From Felis catus (taxonomy: Eukaryota), in contig NC_058383.1 in assembly GCF_018350175.1 (NCBI RefSeq), forward strand, positions 7,504,001 through 7,568,000: DNA of 64,000 bases, written 5' to 3'. Positions 61,266-64,000 of the stretch are shown one piece after another (within the stretch, counting starts at the first letter, position 1; each line of letters begins with the position of its first letter). Under the pieces are notes generated by a model. The model was not told the origin of the DNA. It searched no databases and saw only the letters and a program-made list of their open reading frames with translations. Position numbers and translations under genes: made by a program.

Positions 61266-62795
61266 ACTTCCCATGCATTTCACAGCTGCCTCGCAAGTAC
61301 ACTGGTAAATAAATATAATTTCAGATACTGTTAAGTACTAGGTAAAGATAAAGCATGGTGGAAGGCAGAAGATGGCCAAGACGGTGGGTCTCTCCTGATC
61401 TCTAGGTTGTCAGGGAAAGGGTTCCTGAAGACGTGGTGACATTTGTACAGAATCCAGACTGGCAAGGAGCCCACCGTGCCAAGATCTGAGAGAAGGACAT
61501 TTCAGACAAAGGGAACAGTTTGGATTTTCTTCCAAGAATGATTGAAAACTACTGGAAGGTTTCTGCAGGGGTGTAACACGTTTTGCTGTGTGGCAGAGCT
61601 GGACAAAAGATTTGGAATCTTCAGGAAATCCGATGATCTCGGAGGAGAAGGGGAGATGGGGCAGAGAGCAAGGGCATGTGGGACCAGCACTCTCACTTTG
61701 CTGCCCAAATTCCCAGGGCCCTTCTAATAGGATGGGTAAGCTTTGAAAAGAAAGAAGGACGGTGGTCCCAACTCAGACTATCCCTAGTCCTACCACATCT
61801 GCCTCATGGGGTGGAACAGATTTGATGGAGGAGAAGGGCCTGGGGTCTGATGGGGATGGGAGGGGAGGGTGTCCAAGGTGGGAGTTTTTCACAAGACTGT
61901 CATCAGGAGGCAGATTTCTGTGGAGGTCACTCTGTCCCACACTTCTTTTTGCCAGGAGAGGGCTGGGGTGAGTAAGCATCCTTCCCCGCAAATCACTACC
62001 CCCAGGAGATTACTTCTGCTTCCCTCCCCATTGGGAAGTTCCTCTCCAGGGCTCTAGGCTGGATTATTTAGGATTTGGAGGAAGGAAGCCACTTGGGTGC
62101 ACTGAGACATCTGGGAAAAGCAAGTTCTGTGGACTTGTCTTCCATCCCGCCCCTTTCTCTCAAGCAAGTCTCTGTTCCCCTGTTTGGCCAAGTCAAGACA
62201 GGACTCCATCATGTCTGGGGAGGGAGAGAGTGGCGGGAGGTGCAAACAGCTCCCTTGGCTGCTGGCTGAACTCACCTTCTTCCTTTCCTCCCCTCCCACT
62301 CCCAGGATGTTAAAGAAGCCAGAGAAAAATGAGAGCAGTATTCCTTCCCACAAGCCCACAGGCTCAAGGCTGGAATGGCTCCTGGGCCTGTAGCTACTTG
62401 CAAGGCTATTTGCCAGTGACCCTCAGGGGCACCCTTAACCCTGCTCCACCACCCTCTCACTGAAACCTTAAGGTCCCCAGTAGGAAGAGGACTTGGAGGG
62501 GCTGATCCTGAATCTTAAACAGTGAGGCAACCATTCCAACCTCTGGACACAGACCCTGTACCAACGCCATTCAGGTCCAGAATGGTTCCTGGCACATAGG
62601 GAGATGTGAGGAATAACTGGTAATTGAAAGCTCCAGAAATGAGCCAACTGTGTATCAGCCCGTTTTGAGGCCACACCTGAAAACAGGTTTTGACTTCATG
62701 CTGACTAAAGTCCAGACAGATTCCCAGTGAAGTCACTTAATGCACTGAACACCTGCAGTGTAACAGGTATGTGTGTGTATGTTTAACATGTATGT

Positions 62796-63012
62796 GGGGC
62801 GCCTGGGTGGCGCAGTCGGTTAAGCCTCCGACTTCAGCCAGGTCACGATCTCGCGGTCCATGAGTTCGAGCCCCGCGTCGGGTTCTGGGCTGATGGCTCA
62901 GAGCCTGGAGCCTGTTTCCGATTCTGTGTCTCCCTCTCTCTCTGCCCCTCCCCCGTTCATGCTCTGTCTCTCTCTGTCCCCCCAAAAATAAATAAATGTT
63001 GGGAAAAAAAAA
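62796..63012 (+). mobile_element. Young SINEC_Fc-type SINE
   Basis: TSD AACATGTATGT; CpGs intact. Confidence 0.95.
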
Positions 63013-63549
63013 CATGTATGTTACATGTCCCCTCTGAGCTGGACTCATTAATTGGATCAATGAAAGCGGCATGATCTTATTAAACATGACCCTTCTGTCC
63101 CTGGTTTCTCTTACAAAAAACGGAAGCAATAATACCTCATCATAAAGCTGCTGTGAGAATTACTTAGAACAGGACATAAAAAATAGTTGCCATAGGTGCT
63201 TAATAAGTGGTGGCTGGTATCACTGTGGCTGTAAAGGTTGAGGTGTGGCGGACAGCTAATAGGCTCAGGGTAGCAGAGCTATAGGACTGGGCAGCCAGGT
63301 GCAGTTCCCGACTTTTGGGAAAGATGCCCCGGATTCCCAGCAAGGGGGCCCAACTCCTCCAGAGCAGTGAGGGATCGGGAAGCGGTGAGGGGAGTAGTTT
63401 GCTGACTCTTCTAGTGAATTGGGTGCTTCCAGCAACCCTCCCCGTTGCTCCTCACTACCTCCCGCCCACCCCCTATCCCCCAATCCCCGCTTTGCTCACG
63501 CCCACCGCCTATTCACCACTAACCTCTACGTGAGCAAGACCTAGCAACA

Positions 63550-64000
63550 CAGCCAGCCGCACCCTCCCTCCTCCTCCCCTTCCCCCCTACCACCCCGCCC
63601 CGGGGCCTCTGCTGTCATCCCTTCCTCCTTCGCCAAGCCACCCCCAAGGCCCGTGAACACTGAAATCCCCTAATTTTGCAGACTTGTGACATATCCCTGC
63701 TTTTCCTTGGGGAGCCACCTCTGCGCCTCCGCGTGGACCAGCAAAAGGGCGGACTAAGTCCGAGAGGGGACCTGCGGTTCCACGGTCTCCTTCCTCTTGC
63801 CTCCCGCCACCACCCCTCCCCCCCCCCCCTCCCGCCTCCTCCAAACCGCCTCGGCCTCCCGCCGGGCCGTTCGCCCCGGGGCGCCAGGCTGACACCCTAC
63901 CGGGAAGCAGGACTCTCGGCCCTGGGGCGCCTTTGCCCATCCGCCGCACCACCCCAGGTCTCCCCTGCGTCCCCGCGCCCCCGCCCCCGCCCGTGGCACC
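63550..64000. promoter_or_regulatory. CpG island running off the window end
   Basis: CpG-rich, several CCCCGCCC GC boxes. Confidence 0.7.

Noticed and set aside
1146..63012. tRNA-like A/B boxes (TGGCTCAGTCGGTTAAG, GTTCGAGCCC) and recurring short ORFs such as [17 protein letters not shown]
   Set aside because: They are heads and translations of tRNA-derived carnivore SINEs with CT tracts, A-tails and TSDs, not tRNA genes or a protein family.

Overview
Mammalian genomic DNA from a felid (about 40 tRNA-derived carnivore SINEC_Fc-type SINEs, felid-type L1 3' ends), syntenic with human 7q22.1. Manual splicing reconstructs four genes. PILRA: 3' half only (+, TM exon to ITIM/ITSM exon). ZCWPW1: complete (-, 16 coding exons, zf-CW and PWWP domains). 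MEPCE: complete (+, 4 coding exons, 689 aa), sharing a bidirectional CpG-island promoter with ZCWPW1. PPP1R35: complete (-, 4 exons, 266 aa). The most notable observation is a +1 frameshift in an A8 homopolymer in a ZCWPW1 coding exon (30177-30184), which would truncate the protein before both histone-reader domains; it is either an assembly error or a null allele. Other items: an unidentified retrocopy-like insert, a solo LTR just upstream of the ZCWPW1 start exon, tandemly amplified target-site duplications, a templated 29-bp insertion, and 51-64 kb sequence with two orphan CpG islands and exon-like minus-strand segments that I could not identify. I cannot confirm a new biological system. 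Gene and repeat names come from recalled orthologue and consensus sequences, not from a database search.
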